From Trichoplax sp. H2 (lineage: Eukaryota): 64,000 nucleotides of DNA. Below, one piece after another: positions 14,901 to 29,900 of the stretch. How positions within the stretch are numbered: position 1 is the first letter of the stretch; each line of letters opens with the position of its first letter. The notes below the pieces were generated by a model. The model worked only from the letters and a program-made list of their open reading frames with translations, made no database searches and was not told the origin of the DNA. The DNA lies in assembly GCA_003344405.1 (NCBI GenBank), contig NOWV01000223.1:1-64000 (forward strand). The letters run 5' to 3'. A program made the position numbers and the translations under genes.

Positions 14901-17900
14901 TGGGCTACAGTAATTGGCATCCATTAGAACCCAATGTGCTGTCACATTTTTGCATCATATTGTACATGGATGGTACGCCTGAATGGAGAGATCGAAATTG
15001 CTACGACAAGTATTACTTTATATGCGAGAGACGTAAGAGAAGACTATAATGTCGAGTTATGCTAGACAGATTACATTACTTGCAGTTACTACTATGATTA
15101 GGAGTTGTTAAAATCTTTATAATTTTTTAAATGCCTTCCCGATATTTCTATAACAGCTTTCATATCAGATGCAACTGATAAGACCAAAACAGATTCGATG
15201 CCAATCAATAATTACAGACGCAATCTCGAAGGTGCCTGCTAACTAATTTATTTAATTAAAATTTTATTATACGAGTATTACAAAAGGTAGTAGATTAGCG
15301 AAGTTATCCATAGAATTATAAACTTATAATCTTAATGTCGATAATATATTGCTATTATAAATTAAACGATCTCAAATCTTATGGCCAAGACTTGATATTT
15401 AATTTACAGATTTAAAATTATCCGAGTCTGCTTCTTTGGTTTCTTTATCTTCATCAATAAAGCATCCTCCGGATAAAGGTAAGTGATAATGGGATAAATA
15501 CCACGCTTGAGGACAATCGCGCATATCGTCTGTATGATAGATTTTGCGGGGTTTCTTGCCTCTATCTTGTAACGGAAGTGTTCATTACCGGCAGCTGATA
15601 ATTAGAGCCGAAATAAAAGTAAAACTTTCCAGTAATTAGAAACAAGGGCGGTTTAGCTTTACCAAAAAATTGCCTTACTTTGATTTAAATCTATGGATAC
15701 TTACTGATTAAGCTAACAATTTTGATCTGATGAAACAATTAATAGAGCTTATTTATTGGAATATATATTATCCCATGTAGATGTTGCATTGCAAACTGAA
15801 AAGCTGAGTATGTATGAGGCTCCGACGGTAGCAACATCCTTAGCAGGTTAGCAAACAAAAATGAAGGAAAATTCCTTCTAACTAAAGTGAAATCAGCTAA
15901 TTAAAGAATTTCCAGTTACGAACAATTTAAACTTCAATTCATGATTGTTCATTCTTTTCTATAGTCCCAATTATGCAAACAATTGAATCGTTTGCTAATG
16001 ATTTTAGGCAATCAACGACAATACCAACAGGTATACGAGCATGACCTTATATTGATGTTTACTTAAACTGCGATTTTAGAGTTTATTTAACTTTGCATTG
16101 TCCATGGTGCACCAATTAACGCCTTTATTTAAAAAATTTCGTTAATAAATACGAAAGTAACATTGCTACATAGATCATAAGTTACAAAAAATAGACTAGT
16201 ATCGAAAATATTTGTCATTAATACAGGCAACGTTAGCACACTAGGCCTCTTCGATAAAACATTCTTTTTGAAAAGAAGAAATTTGAAAGCTAGTGCTGCC
16301 TTAACTAATATTTTTATAATAATTAACGATATAATAAAAAGTATTTTGCTCAGATTTTAACCTGCAGGCTTCAATTATCAGCTCAAAAGATTTCGATAAA
16401 GCGACGTCGGCTAGGCTAGGTAGTTGAAATACTGTAGAGCAATGTCAAAGTTCGCTTCGGAAGTAAAAGTTAAATTTTTATCTTAGAATAAGAGCTAAAA
16501 ATATAGATTAGATTAATTTTAATATACTAGTAAACTCTATTAGTTACTTTTGTTTCATTGTCAGATATCAGTTTAAATTTAAAATCAATTATTTACGTAA
16601 ATATTTTACTATTATACGAATATGTACGTATTATATCAAAATTTTATTGTATCAGATTATGAGCATAAAAACAATAAGAAAACTTCTGAAAAATGATGTA
16701 TTCCTTCCTCTCTATGATCTCTAATTCAGGCAATATGCAGACCGTTGAAGACGAAATCATACAAACATCACCAACCGTAGCAGGTAGATGAACTGATTAG
16801 TAATCTAAGAATTTAAGCTATTCGTTGCTATTATCAATCGAATCATTTTAAACTTGAGCTTATAAAAATTTTACGAAACCAATGACAAAATATAGAAATA
16901 TAAAATTATAGCATAGTAAAGAATTCATATAATTTACCATGGTACAAGAACTTGAGTTAATTATAATTTGAGGAATGATCTTCACGGGATACTTGGATGA
17001 ACTATGTCGCTCTAGCTTTTATCTGTATTCTATACCAAAGCAGAGATTGATCTTAATAAATCTAATTCATTTATCTTCGATTATCAAATTTTGTTATGGT
17101 AGTACATCATTACTCTACAGCAATAAAATGTTTCTGCTAGACAATGGGTGAATGAATTAAAACAAATGGGACAAATATGAAGTGTCTGTACTTAATCAAT
17201 ATCGAGACTTTACGGGAATACCTCATTTAATTAATATTTATACTCTGAAAGGAATTTAAATTTATTAGAATTCAAAAAGTGCAACATATTGGATAACAGA
17301 TATTTGATAACGAAAAATCCCCAATAGATACCACGTTACAGCTATATTTAACCCGTATTTAAGTAAATTCTTTACTTAGTGGCTATGAAGTTTATTTAGT
17401 AATAGGATTAACAAACTGAAATTTATTAATTACTTTCATATAGACTAAAATATAGGGCTATTACTAATAAATCTATTAAGCAGCTCTAGTTTTAAAACTT
17501 TATCAAGAAATTTAGCATAGGTTTGAATCCTACAAATTAGAGCCAAATTACCAACGATAAGCCAAGATAGGAAGTAGAATGAATTTAAAGAATTAGAGCT
17601 ATTCTCGATAAATAACTATTAGCCAAAGTTGTTACGGATACAAAGCATACCTATTCGCCGTTTCATTTGTTAGATATAACTGGACTTTAGCACGTATTTA
17701 CTATAACTAAATTTCCCAGAAGATCTGTTTATTGTTTAAATTCAGATTTTTAGCAAATACTTTATTAGACTTGCCACAAAAATATTTAGGCTAGAGATAA
17801 TTTATTTCTGTAGAATTTATTACTAAATACTCGCTATAATCGAAATTCATCGTTTCGATAAACTAATTTATCAATCTTGAATTCTGAAGGTGACAGTAAA

Positions 17901-20900
17901 CTTGAAAAAACAAAATAGTTACAAGCGCTTCAAAATTGATTTAATGTAAATGCTTTGGTTTTAGAGTATCAACTTGAGCTGACTTTACCAGTTCCTCATC
18001 ATCTTGGAGGGCGGTTTCTGCAGGCGATAAATCTTTTAAATATGTATTGGATTATGATTATAAGCCAAAATTAAACCTAAAATTAATCTTATAATCTCAT
18101 GGGAGAATCAATTCCTTGTTGACGTCAAAATTTCGCACATTGTCTACGCGATATAAATCAGGCTATTAGGATTGCTAATTAGCTGATTAATGTACTTACG
18201 AACTATAGTAAATCAACAAGGCTAATAGTTACTCGATTGCTACTGACCTTAATTTTATACTTAAGCAGACTCGCATAGGTGTCGTTGATACGTCCATAGC
18301 CTGTAAAAATTGATTTATTTAGAAGAAGTAACTGATTGCGCAATGTATACTATCACAAAACAGCTTTTCAACAAGATAACGTAATGTACGATTAATAAAT
18401 CAAGTCCTTGAACCAATGTATCAAGGAATGATATCTGCACTATCAGGAACACTTTTGCTCTACTAGTAGACTACACAAAGACATAGACGCCTCGTATTTT
18501 ACGTTAAACACCAAGTTTAAGAATTAACTTTATTACCCGATATATTGCGTTTATACATACTCTTCCTCAATAGTTCATGAGTCATAGTTAGTACGGTTAA
18601 CTTTGGAATCATTCTCTGAATTAGACACTCATTTTACCTACTGCTCTCTAATGCAGACAACAGTATAGTCAGATTACGATATGCCCTATCATGGGACAAT
18701 TCTGCGATAATTTACAATCTACCATAAGCAAGTTACAATCACAACGATTCGAAATTAGAAGTTTACTAGATAAGGATAGGCTAACAAAATTATCCTAACA
18801 TAGATATTTCTACTTTAATACAGTATATAAAACTGTCACGTATACACTTCATCATACTATGAAGTATTAACACCTTATTTCGTAATAATAATAGCTTATC
18901 TAACATTCTCCAATTTAAAAATTATTTTTTGTTAATTTTCCGTACAATTCATTTCCCATTAAGAGAATCACTTTTCGCAACAAAGGATTGATTCCGATAA
19001 TGGGTCCACATTAGGTATTGCTATAGCAAGTTGATTAGTGCTGACTTGTAGATATTAATTACTTCATACTTCACTAACCTTGATCAGTTTTATATTTCAT
19101 GTAACCGTACCTTACCCACTTGGTGCTATAGATTTAAAGAAAAGTTCATTTGTGTTATAGCCAATATAGTAGAGAGTTGATAATAAATCAAAAATTGCTG
19201 AAATATCATCAAATATCCTCTATAAGCATATCGAAATGTCTAGTATCACTAAAGATACTTGTTTTACATGTGATTAGGTTATTCCTTGAGCACCTTTTCA
19301 TCATCCCTTCCGATATCGGAGAAAGCAGTCATGAAGCCATCTTATTCGATTAATATCCGTAAGCAATTTATTCCTTTCGATGGACATAATACTAATATTG
19401 CTCGATTCATTCCATCTAATTATGGTATGCTAAATAAACAGAGGAACAGCTGCAGACGCCAATCGCAAATTTTAGTAATATTCTCGAAAATTCATTCCCG
19501 TCCACTATTTCGGCTGGAAGTAAGTGTACTGGTTTCAAAAATTAGATTACTAGCCGTAAGGAATATAGTCGGATTCAAGAAATAATATAATATTATACAT
19601 AGATCTCCGCATTATCGCTAGCATGACTCAATCAGAAATAGAATTTGAGGAACAAATTATTTATAATTCCGTCCAATCAGGTAGTGTATACCATTAGCTT
19701 CTAATGGTAAACAAAATCAATACAATATCACGGACATCACTCCGTGGCAGTCAGCTATTTAAATATTCACGGTAGTTGGTACCGTGACACTGATATTTAA
19801 CTTAAATTTTTGCGATTCATCAGACAATAAAGCAATATTTTTATAGAAGCATCATCTGCTGTTTAATAAGCTAATAAATGGATTATAACAACTGCCTTAC
19901 TATATAGCCATTTATAATCTTAAAACGAATTTCGAATTCTTTTTAATAATTCAGAAAACTTTCAGATGGGATCTACAGTATTTAGTAGCGAAGAAATCAA
20001 TTTAACTTCGGAAGTATGGTCAAAATCTATATTTCAAGGTATTAAAAAAAACAATTGCTAAAGCACAAGATAGTATTGCAGTTAAATTACCGGAATACAT
20101 GTAAATAGAATTAAAATATTGCCATTCTGTTTTCATATCAATTTACAATCCTCTTGAAAGAGTGATAACCAAGGTCAATGACAGTCAATATCGTTTTCTA
20201 CTTTTGATAGTTAAAATTATTCAAATAAAATATTAATTGCTCCTTTTTGGCTGCGTTATAACCAAGAAATATAATTGCAATCGTAATTCTATAAAAAAGT
20301 ATTTAAATCCTGTTTACCACGGCAACAATTGCTTTAAGATACTTTATTGCCATATTTTTGAAATAGCTACAGATGAACAACATATCTTACGAACTTCGGT
20401 CTGAAACTATCAAAATATAAATTTTATCTAATTCTCCACTTATTACCCTATAAATCCTTCAGATTAGACATATTCGAACTGTAACACGAAGGTGATAGTG
20501 TTTAATTGATTTTCATGCTTATGTTCTAACAGAATCTGAGCCATCAGTACAGACATCACCATTACTGTTTTCATCCGTAGCAAATGGCATGCCTAAAGAT
20601 TCCGTAATTTCATACGAACTTCTGCCTTCCCTACTTTCCGAGATTAGTGGTAAAGATAGCCATATTTATGAACGTAACCGTATGCGAAGTCGTATTGTCA
20701 TTTTGCAAAATGCCCGGGCAGTTTGCAAAATGACCGACTTCGCATACGGTCACGTTCATTTACACCATTTATAAAAATGGCAGTACTCAATAATAACGAT
20801 AACACGTAACTCTTAAAGGCGATTGTCGAAATAGTAATTGGCCTTTACTGACTTTAAATTTATATGATAAAGTTGGAACGAGTTTGTGTAATTATAGCAA

Positions 20901-23900
20901 AAATTATCCGTTTCTAATTAAACATTAAATAGATTTTTATTGTAGTAGTAGCTCTTATTATGGTACAAGATCAGTCTCGATCATGTTTTCATATTGCTTC
21001 AGATGAACAATTGGACATTATCTCTCAGCCACAAGTTTCGAGTCGTAAATTTATTATTACGAGTTGGCTAGAACATTCTCAAATAGATATTAAAGAATCT
21101 ATGCTATCAATGAGTATGCTGGCATGGTATTAAAATTAAATTTGCAACCTAGATATTAGACATGACCGTAATTTTGTTCTGTTAACGAATAGATGATGTT
21201 ATTATGAATGAAGTGAAGATTTTTACATCCCCCGACATATCAGTATCGTATCAAAGTCTTCAAGATTTAGCTGCAGAATCGATTCACTTGCAAAAAGGTA
21301 AGATTGCGTTCATCACATTATTGTATGTAGTAGACTGAAGCAATTAAAATTAAGCACAAGATTAACAAAGCTATCGACCACTAGATGCTTTACTGAAGTA
21401 TTATCTAGTGATTTATACTAAAGCTATGTCAGGAATCACTAATAGCGACGAGCTATTACAATTATCATCATGGTCTAGCCTATTTATAGACGAAAAGCAA
21501 AAGTTAGATGATTTCATGTTGACATCTGCGCCACTATCGCAACGTACTTGAATTTTCCTTTAAGAAAAATTTAATCTCATAATCTCATAATAGTATTTGA
21601 TCAATTAATATTAAAAATGGGTACAATTATTTGCAGACAATTTCTTTTCTAGCTCTCTTATTAAAGTAACTCCTTCACTTTCTGGTTAGTAATCAACATT
21701 TGTATTATGATACTGAGTAGATCTACAGCAGTAAATAGAGTTAATGACTTCCGAAAGCAATGCAATACTGATACAATTTTAATATCAGTTATCGATCTTA
21801 GAGGCTGACTATTTGCAACGATCCTTAATCATCTGCTGCAGATTTTTATTTCAGAATCAATTCCTATATTATCACATAGTTTAAGTTATGATGTCGTTGT
21901 TAGCTATATGTGTATTCTAGATTAAGGATAAGCCTGATATTAGATTCGTAAGGATATATTATAAATACTAACTTGCATTACTTATATTGCATCAATCAAA
22001 GAGATTACTACGTTTATGACGAATAGTACAAAATAAGAACGCAGTGTGTTAGCTATATTACTTAAAGCCCTACTCTTAAAGATTATTACTTCGGAGGAAA
22101 ATATATGTCCGTATTTTAGTCATTAAATAAGGATGCAGGTTCTAAACCTTATTTATTGCTGGCTCAGCATACTAAACTACAAAATTTCACTTCGCAATAG
22201 TGTTATAATAAGTTGACTAGAGCTGTAAGTAATCAAATAAATTTTAATTTTATCATAACTTAATTTAATCTAGATGCAACTATTTCACCGGAATTACGTA
22301 CTCAAGAGCCAATGTTTTCTCTGAAATCAAGCCTAGATCTTACAAATCAGCTAGATGTATCTGGTAAAATTATTGAAAGCCGAGTTAATATAAAATAAAT
22401 AATCTATCCAATCAAGCTTATCCATTTTTTGCTAATATCATCAACTGAATATTTTCTAAAATTTCTGCTGTCTACCTAATCAGAAGTATCACTAGTATCT
22501 AATATCGATTCAGTGGCTATTTTCTCAGAAGCAGACGGAGTTGATGGTAGGTGATAGTTCATTAAATAATTTTGAATTCGTTTGAAGTCATAGCACTTTT
22601 TCGAACGATTTCATAGTCTGGACGAATAATTTATACTAAGACTACGAAATAATCTAAGAATTAGTTCTTAAAATTATGTTTCGTAACGATGAGATAAGAT
22701 TTGTTATCGTAATTTAATTCTATGTTAGTTATAACAATTTCATCAGAATTAACTGTACAAGAACCACCAATGAATTTCCCGAAATCAAGCCTAAATCTAG
22801 CTGATAAGCCAGATTTATCAGGTAAATTATTGATAGCTGAATTACTATAAAATAAATAATCCTTGCTATTCAAGCTCATCTGTTTTTAGTTAATAATATA
22901 ATTTACTTAAAAATTTTCTAAAATTTCTCCTATTTGCAGTACTAGAAGTATCTAATATCTATTCAATGACTATTTTCTCAGAAATAAACAAAGTCGAAGG
23001 TAGGTTGCAGTTCCCTAAGTAATTTCGAATTTCTTTGAGATACAGCAATTTCTCATGTAGCTTGATAATCTAGACGAATAACTTACTCATAGATTACGAA
23101 ATAGTGTAAAAATTAGCTGTTTAGAATCAGAAATGGTCATGATGATGTGGTCTATTATGAATACTAATAGTTAGTGAAACCAGTATCTATACAGTGCAAT
23201 CGCTATCGCTTTCGGAAAATAAATGTAATTTCTTACCGTCGGATGTTAATAACGTCCAGACAGCCTCCATCGGTATTTACCTTTGATTAGTTTAGATTTT
23301 ATGATCATCTGTCACAAGCCAGCTTCGTGACAAGGATAACTTAAAACAAATCTCTAAATTACTATAGTCTCTGGAATTCAGTATCCCTTAAAAACTACCT
23401 CACAAGAATTTAGACGCCTTTGATTCTACGTTAAACTCAACTAGAAAATTTAGAACTGCTTTACTCAACTATCTGACGGGCTTATATACCCTTCTACAGC
23501 AACTAACATTCACGAGTTATCTTATAAAAATACTTAGGTGAGAACATCTATTAACTAGTTTTTCAAAGTCGGACTACAATATGTCCATTCACAGAATCAT
23601 TTCAGTACACATTACAGCACAGCATTAGATTTACTGTAACACATTTATAATTAAAGTAATTCCTATTGTAAGGAACTAGATGTAATATATTATCACTATA
23701 TTATATTAACCAAATTTAGATAGCTATTTCTTCACGGTAGTTCGTACCGTGACATCATCATATATTTAATAGTAAATTAAAAAATAGTGTTATATTCTTT
23801 ACAACTTCAAAGAAAATTTACGATTATGCCAAATAGATCATGAAGACTTATCGAGTATTACTGTGGATGCAGACGCACGCTTAATATTAACAGAAATCAT

Positions 23901-26900
23901 TCAGCTACAGAATCCAACTGCTGATCTACAGTCCGAGCTTGGTGATATTCAAAGTCAGTCTTGGCCTTTACTAACCGACTTAAGCTGTGATCTTGATATA
24001 GATAAACGTGTTTACTGGTCAGATATTCTACAAATGCAGCCATCATCAAGTTCTTGCATAATTTCTATTTTAGAATCAAGTATGGACTCTGCCGGTGATG
24101 TGTGTGATCAAGCAAATAATTGTCCTGAATACTATGCGACCTTACCCAGTCAACAAGAGCCTGATCGTTCTACAATTAATCCTCTAAAGTCTCCAATCAA
24201 GAATTCTATCAGTAATTTATCCTCTAGAACTCTATACGGTAACTAAAATAACGTTAGAATTTTCAGTAACTACCGCGTGAGCTAAGGCTTAGTAATGTTT
24301 TGATTTTATTCTTAACTTTCATTTTCTTTTCCGATACGATTTTATAAATAAAAAAATATTATTCAAGATACAACCTTGGATATGACTTACAGAACACCTA
24401 CCCCAAGTTCAACAACAAAGTACATCACTCAAAGAAAGAATACTGGGGTAACAGTAATATATAATATTAGCCACTTCATTTCCTATAAAATTATTTATTC
24501 TTATTTGGAAGTAGAAATTAAATATATTAAATGCCAAGCATTAATAATTTAAACTTTTTTCACCAGCATGCTACATCGACATTTAATGGTAGCCAAGCCA
24601 ATCAGATTCTAGCCTCATTTAATCAAAATATAAGCAAAACCACTGTGAACACAGCAAAAGTTCTAGGATATAGTCGAACATTGCATGAAATCATAGATAA
24701 AATAGATATGAAATCTTTATCTACAGCAGAAACGACAGATTTATCGGAGGTTTCATCACTAAATTAATCACAATTTTCCTGTAATCAAATGCTATAGTAC
24801 CGGTATTAGATATCGTTATAATAATTTAATGTTTTCCATTTGTTTACTTCTAGTTCGTAGTTAAAATAGTTAAAAAGCTGGTAACTGCTGGAATAAATGG
24901 TAGTAATCAGGTAGAACATTGGAATTCCTAAAGATTTAAGATGTGACGTATAACGCCATATTTGTATACCAACACAAGCTCTACACTTAAAAATTATTAT
25001 GCAGAAATAATGTTACGACGAAATTTTTACCATTAAACTAAACTTCTGTTTTTTTTGAATAATTCTATTCGATTTCTTATTTACTAACATTCAAATATTA
25101 CAATTCAACTTAAAGGATAAAATAGCATCAGATTATATGCAATTACTGGATCACTATTTTTTACGGGTTGCTGAGAAATTATCATACGGGGAAACATTTA
25201 ATTTTACGGACGTAGAAACAGGTAATTTACAATTATGCCTAAAATTATTTTTTATAGAAAATATAAAAGGTCCCATGAGTTAAATAGGAATAAATATATA
25301 TAAAAATTATACATAGTGTACGTATAAATATATACAAAAAGTAAGGTAGTTATTTATTTCATAACATATACGTATAAACTTTCATAGACATTTATTCTTT
25401 GAATTACGAATTATTCCATTCAACATCTAAAATAGATTAAATTGACTTTAAAATAAAATTTACCTTGTGCTTACATTTTACGTTTTAGGCGATGTTACTA
25501 TGGTCATATCTGTTCAACAAGTAGAAGCTTACAATTCGACCAACTATGAATTTGTCTTTAACTCTAAATCAGCTCTTCGAAAATCGGACGATGTATTAAT
25601 AAATTTATCTAATATTATGTTTCGAAAAAGTAAGTTCAAGCTTTAACAATATCTATCGAGTTTCGGCGGATTGTTTATAATCATTTATTCATTAAATGTT
25701 TGACACCTTGTAAACGAATATTTTTTCATTCGTATTATAGATGAAACCGTTAAAATTATTGCCGGTATCTATTGGTTCCTGCAAGATACTGTAGCACGCG
25801 TTAATGATCAATTGTAATATCTAAAATCTATATTTTTATTTATTGAATGGTATTTTAAGCATCAGGCTGATATAGGTTTTTCTAATCATATTTAGAACTT
25901 TATCCTCGGATATTATATCCTGCAAAATAGAACCTTATCCTGTCTTTCAGGATAACGCAATTTTTCAATATCATGTTTCTTATCCAAATAAAGCCTCAAA
26001 GGTAAGACTTTTGAAAAGACTATTGAAGATAAAAACATTTATTATGAAAGGTTTCTACGACAGCTGCTTTGCTTTGCATGACTAGTATTTTACGTTAGTT
26101 ACATAGCATTGAATCACACACTAATTAACAAAATTTTATTTTATTAACTTATATGATTTTAAAATGAATTACATTGATAAGTTAATAAGGTTATAGTAGA
26201 CTAATGTCAATTTCTGTGAGCTTAGTAGATTAATTTGATTTCTTTCTGGTTTAAATCTACCCCTTAACTTATCCAGAATAGTAGAAACAATTGGAAGTGT
26301 ATGTACTGGGACTTGCAATCAAGGTACAGTAAGATTGTTCTCTGAAGATAAAAAAATGCCAAAGCTGTATCGCCTTTCAATTAAAACACAGGAATTAGAT
26401 TATATTTGCTACGCTATTTACTATCCTTGCTATTTTTTACCTATTTCTTCTTATTTAGGAGTTGGAATAATACTGGCTGTACCACGAACTTAAACTTGAA
26501 TAAAGTCGTTTGTGTATGCAATCATTTAACTCATTTTGCTTTGCTATTACAGATTAAAGTAAGTCATGGATAAATTGCCTTAATGAATTTCTTTAAGCTT
26601 TATAAATTGATTCATACAAATACAGTTTTGAGAGCTAGTAACTGAAAAATGTTAAGATTCTTGATTATCACAATTAGAGAGTGGTGAATTACAAAATTAC
26701 TTGAAAGGATTAGTTTGCTATTATTTTTTTGCAGATTTATATTGTTTTATACAGAGTGAAGCTAAGTTAGTATGATACATCTTCAAAATTAATCAGGAAA
26801 TATCACCGTTATTTCAGAACTAATAGCAAAAAATAAGTAAAATATTCAATATGAAACTACTATGGTATAAGTTAGTTATACTCAAATATTTTCTGATCAT

Positions 26901-29900
26901 TCTTCATTATTACGTACATATAATGGATGACATCTATAAACTCAAGAAAACTCAAATTTTTGTTGATGTAGTGGTAACAAATTTGCATATTTGACTTCAT
27001 TTTCCTCATTATTTTCACTATTTTTGTTGTATGGTTGTCATTAGATTCGCATTAATACCACCTTGCTTAACGCTATCAACACTATAACATATGGTTGCTT
27101 GGGAACATCAGTCACTTGCATTATTTTCACATTACTAGTCTACACAATTTTTAAGTAAGACCTTGCCAAATTATCGTTCAGAATTAAATTTCATAGACTC
27201 TACTATCTGACATACAAATAGCAATAACTTCCAATGTTTTTTCAGAATGTTCAAGCTTTTTTCTCTCTATATAGAATTAATTCTGAGCGATTTGTCATAC
27301 ATAAGAACTTGTTGGTTGCTCTCATGTTCTCTCAAATTTGTATAATCACAGCATCTCAGGCTACTAAGTTTGAGGTGAGGTCTAAATCAAATACATATGC
27401 TTTCTAATTTTGACTATACGATCTGCATGATAACTGCTAGCAGTATTTTGATTTGAAAGTAATTATCAACTATTTATCACTATAAATAGGTGCTATGTAA
27501 AGTAATGGCCATCATATCGCATTTCTTCTGCCTTGCTTCCTTTTCTTGGATGCTGGTTGAAGCGGCGCATTTATATTTCTTAATTATTTCTGTATTCAAC
27601 CATCGAAGCAAAATGACTTTATATTTTATATTTGGTTGGGGTAAGTCCAGAGATGACAGATTATTTTTTTATTTCTTGAATATAGACTAAGAGAGTAATG
27701 GTGTACACTCAAGAAATAGGTTACTTTTTAAAGTTTTGCAATATGCTTTAGACATCAAACAGATGAGATCTGAAAATCGGTATATGTTATTACCGTAGCA
27801 TATCTTATGATTGCTTAGCTAAGCCATTAACGTCCATTTTACACACTAAAATTATATGAGTAGATTAAATGCGACTGATTTTTAGAGTATAGCCTAAGTG
27901 AAATCATTTTTAGTTGAGTTTTTAAATTAAACTCCTTCATTAACTAAAAATCTGTAAGCTCTTAAATGCATGATTATCAGCATACTAAACACCTAACTTA
28001 GCTAAATTAATGCTAATTTTTAATTACATTACCCTAGGAATTCCAATTATAGTGGTTGGCGTAACAGTCGCTGTTCAGCATGAAAATTATGGCCGAGATC
28101 AAATGTAATCCATAATCTTTAAATGCCATTCCAAAGGATAGTTTCTATTTCTTAAATTAGTATTAAGTAATGCAAAATTCTTTCACTGATAAGCTACACC
28201 TTTAGTCGTTATTGTACTCAGCAAACAAAGCCTATATCGTAATGCTAACAACAGGATTGATAGTAAATTTAGTAGTTACTTGACGACTATCACTATGTAA
28301 GACAGTGTAAGGTTTTGTTCAATAAATCTTAATTTTCTAAAGTTTTAAAGATTCTTGATCTATCAACCTCACACACTTCTGTTTCAGATGCTGGCTATCA
28401 ACGAAAAACGGGTTTACTTGGGCATTTATAGGACCAGTTGTGGCAATTATAGCGGTTTGTAATAATGAAAACCCTGCTTAAAAGGCGTACCTTGTCTATT
28501 TTAGTAAATTATTTCTTTAATTATATATGATGCAAAATAGGTGCAGCTAAATGTGTTTGAATAGAATTAATTGTATGTGTGAAGTTAACTTATCTCAATC
28601 TATAATTGTCGGAAAAATAGATTAATTTCGTTGTCATGATTGCTGTGGTCAAGATTGCGGTAGCATCCAGCACTAAGAATATTTTCGCTAATCACGGCAT
28701 CAAGAACAAATTGCGAGGAATCAAGTATGTTTCTATATTAGCTATGCCATTGAATTGCCTAAATCCTACCATAATTAAAAATTTAGGTTAATACGGCAAT
28801 ACTAATTAGCTTATATTTATTAATATAAATATTATATTTTTATTTAATAATCCTGAATATCTCATAGCTGTTTTAGTAGGTGATGTTTTTTTCAGTATAA
28901 TAAATAATATCGAATCAAAAGTTGTCGATTTCATTGACTTAAATTTGTATCGCTGTCTGATTCATTGGAAATCAGTGTCATATTTAATTTCATAATTTCA
29001 TTTCTTTTTTTCATATTTTTTTTGCCTTTATTGTCTTTGTGATATCCTGGACTAAATAAAATCCAATTACATTTCTAGAGCAATGGTCAAGGCGATATCA
29101 ATACTTTGCCCAATTTTAGGCCTGACTTGGCTAATTGGGTTAATACCTATCACTCAAGAGACGATTGCTGTAGCATACGTCTTCGTTATCTTAAATTCCT
29201 CTCAGGTATATTAACGATCAATGTAGAAACTTAAAGGCATCTGATATCAGTTTTATTCCTATATGATTGCTGATACTAAATCAGAACTATGTATTCTTAA
29301 AATCTGTTGAAATCTGATAAGAATTTTAAATTGCGCTTTTTCTATTCTAATTCTAGGGAATTAGCATATTTATATTTCATTGCTTATACAACAGTGAGGT
29401 AAGACATTTTTAATATAGAATTAATTGATTATCGGATCAGCAACAGATTTTAAGAAAAATAAATCTTGCCAGTCAGGTGTATTAAAGTGTCAATTATATT
29501 CCTCGAAAGCTACTGGTACCAAACTAGATCTTATGTCTGCTTGTACCATTAGGTTCGCCAACAGTATAGAAGACTGATCCAAATGAGAGTTGTCTGTTCA
29601 TCTCATGTAAATAAGGTATCACCGTAGCAATATTAGAAACTATTCAATACTAAAATCTAACTGCTCTTGATTATTAAAGAGTCATGTTTATGATAAAAGT
29701 GATAAACTTGGAACATGTTCAATTTCTCTAAAGTTTTTGTTGATTTACGTGCACAAATTTATTGTTCTAACTACTAGAACTCATTAATGAAGTTTATCTG
29801 TCAGTATATTTTCAATCTAAAATGAAAGTAAAAATAAGTTAAAAATTCAACCCAGATTTTCTATTACAGATCAATTCTAACGTTATTTCAAGTCCTAAAT

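Noticed and set aside
19150..19585. ORFs of 67 and 99 aa in the large GPCR 1 intron as gag/pol remnants
   Set aside because: No recognisable retroelement motifs on either strand.
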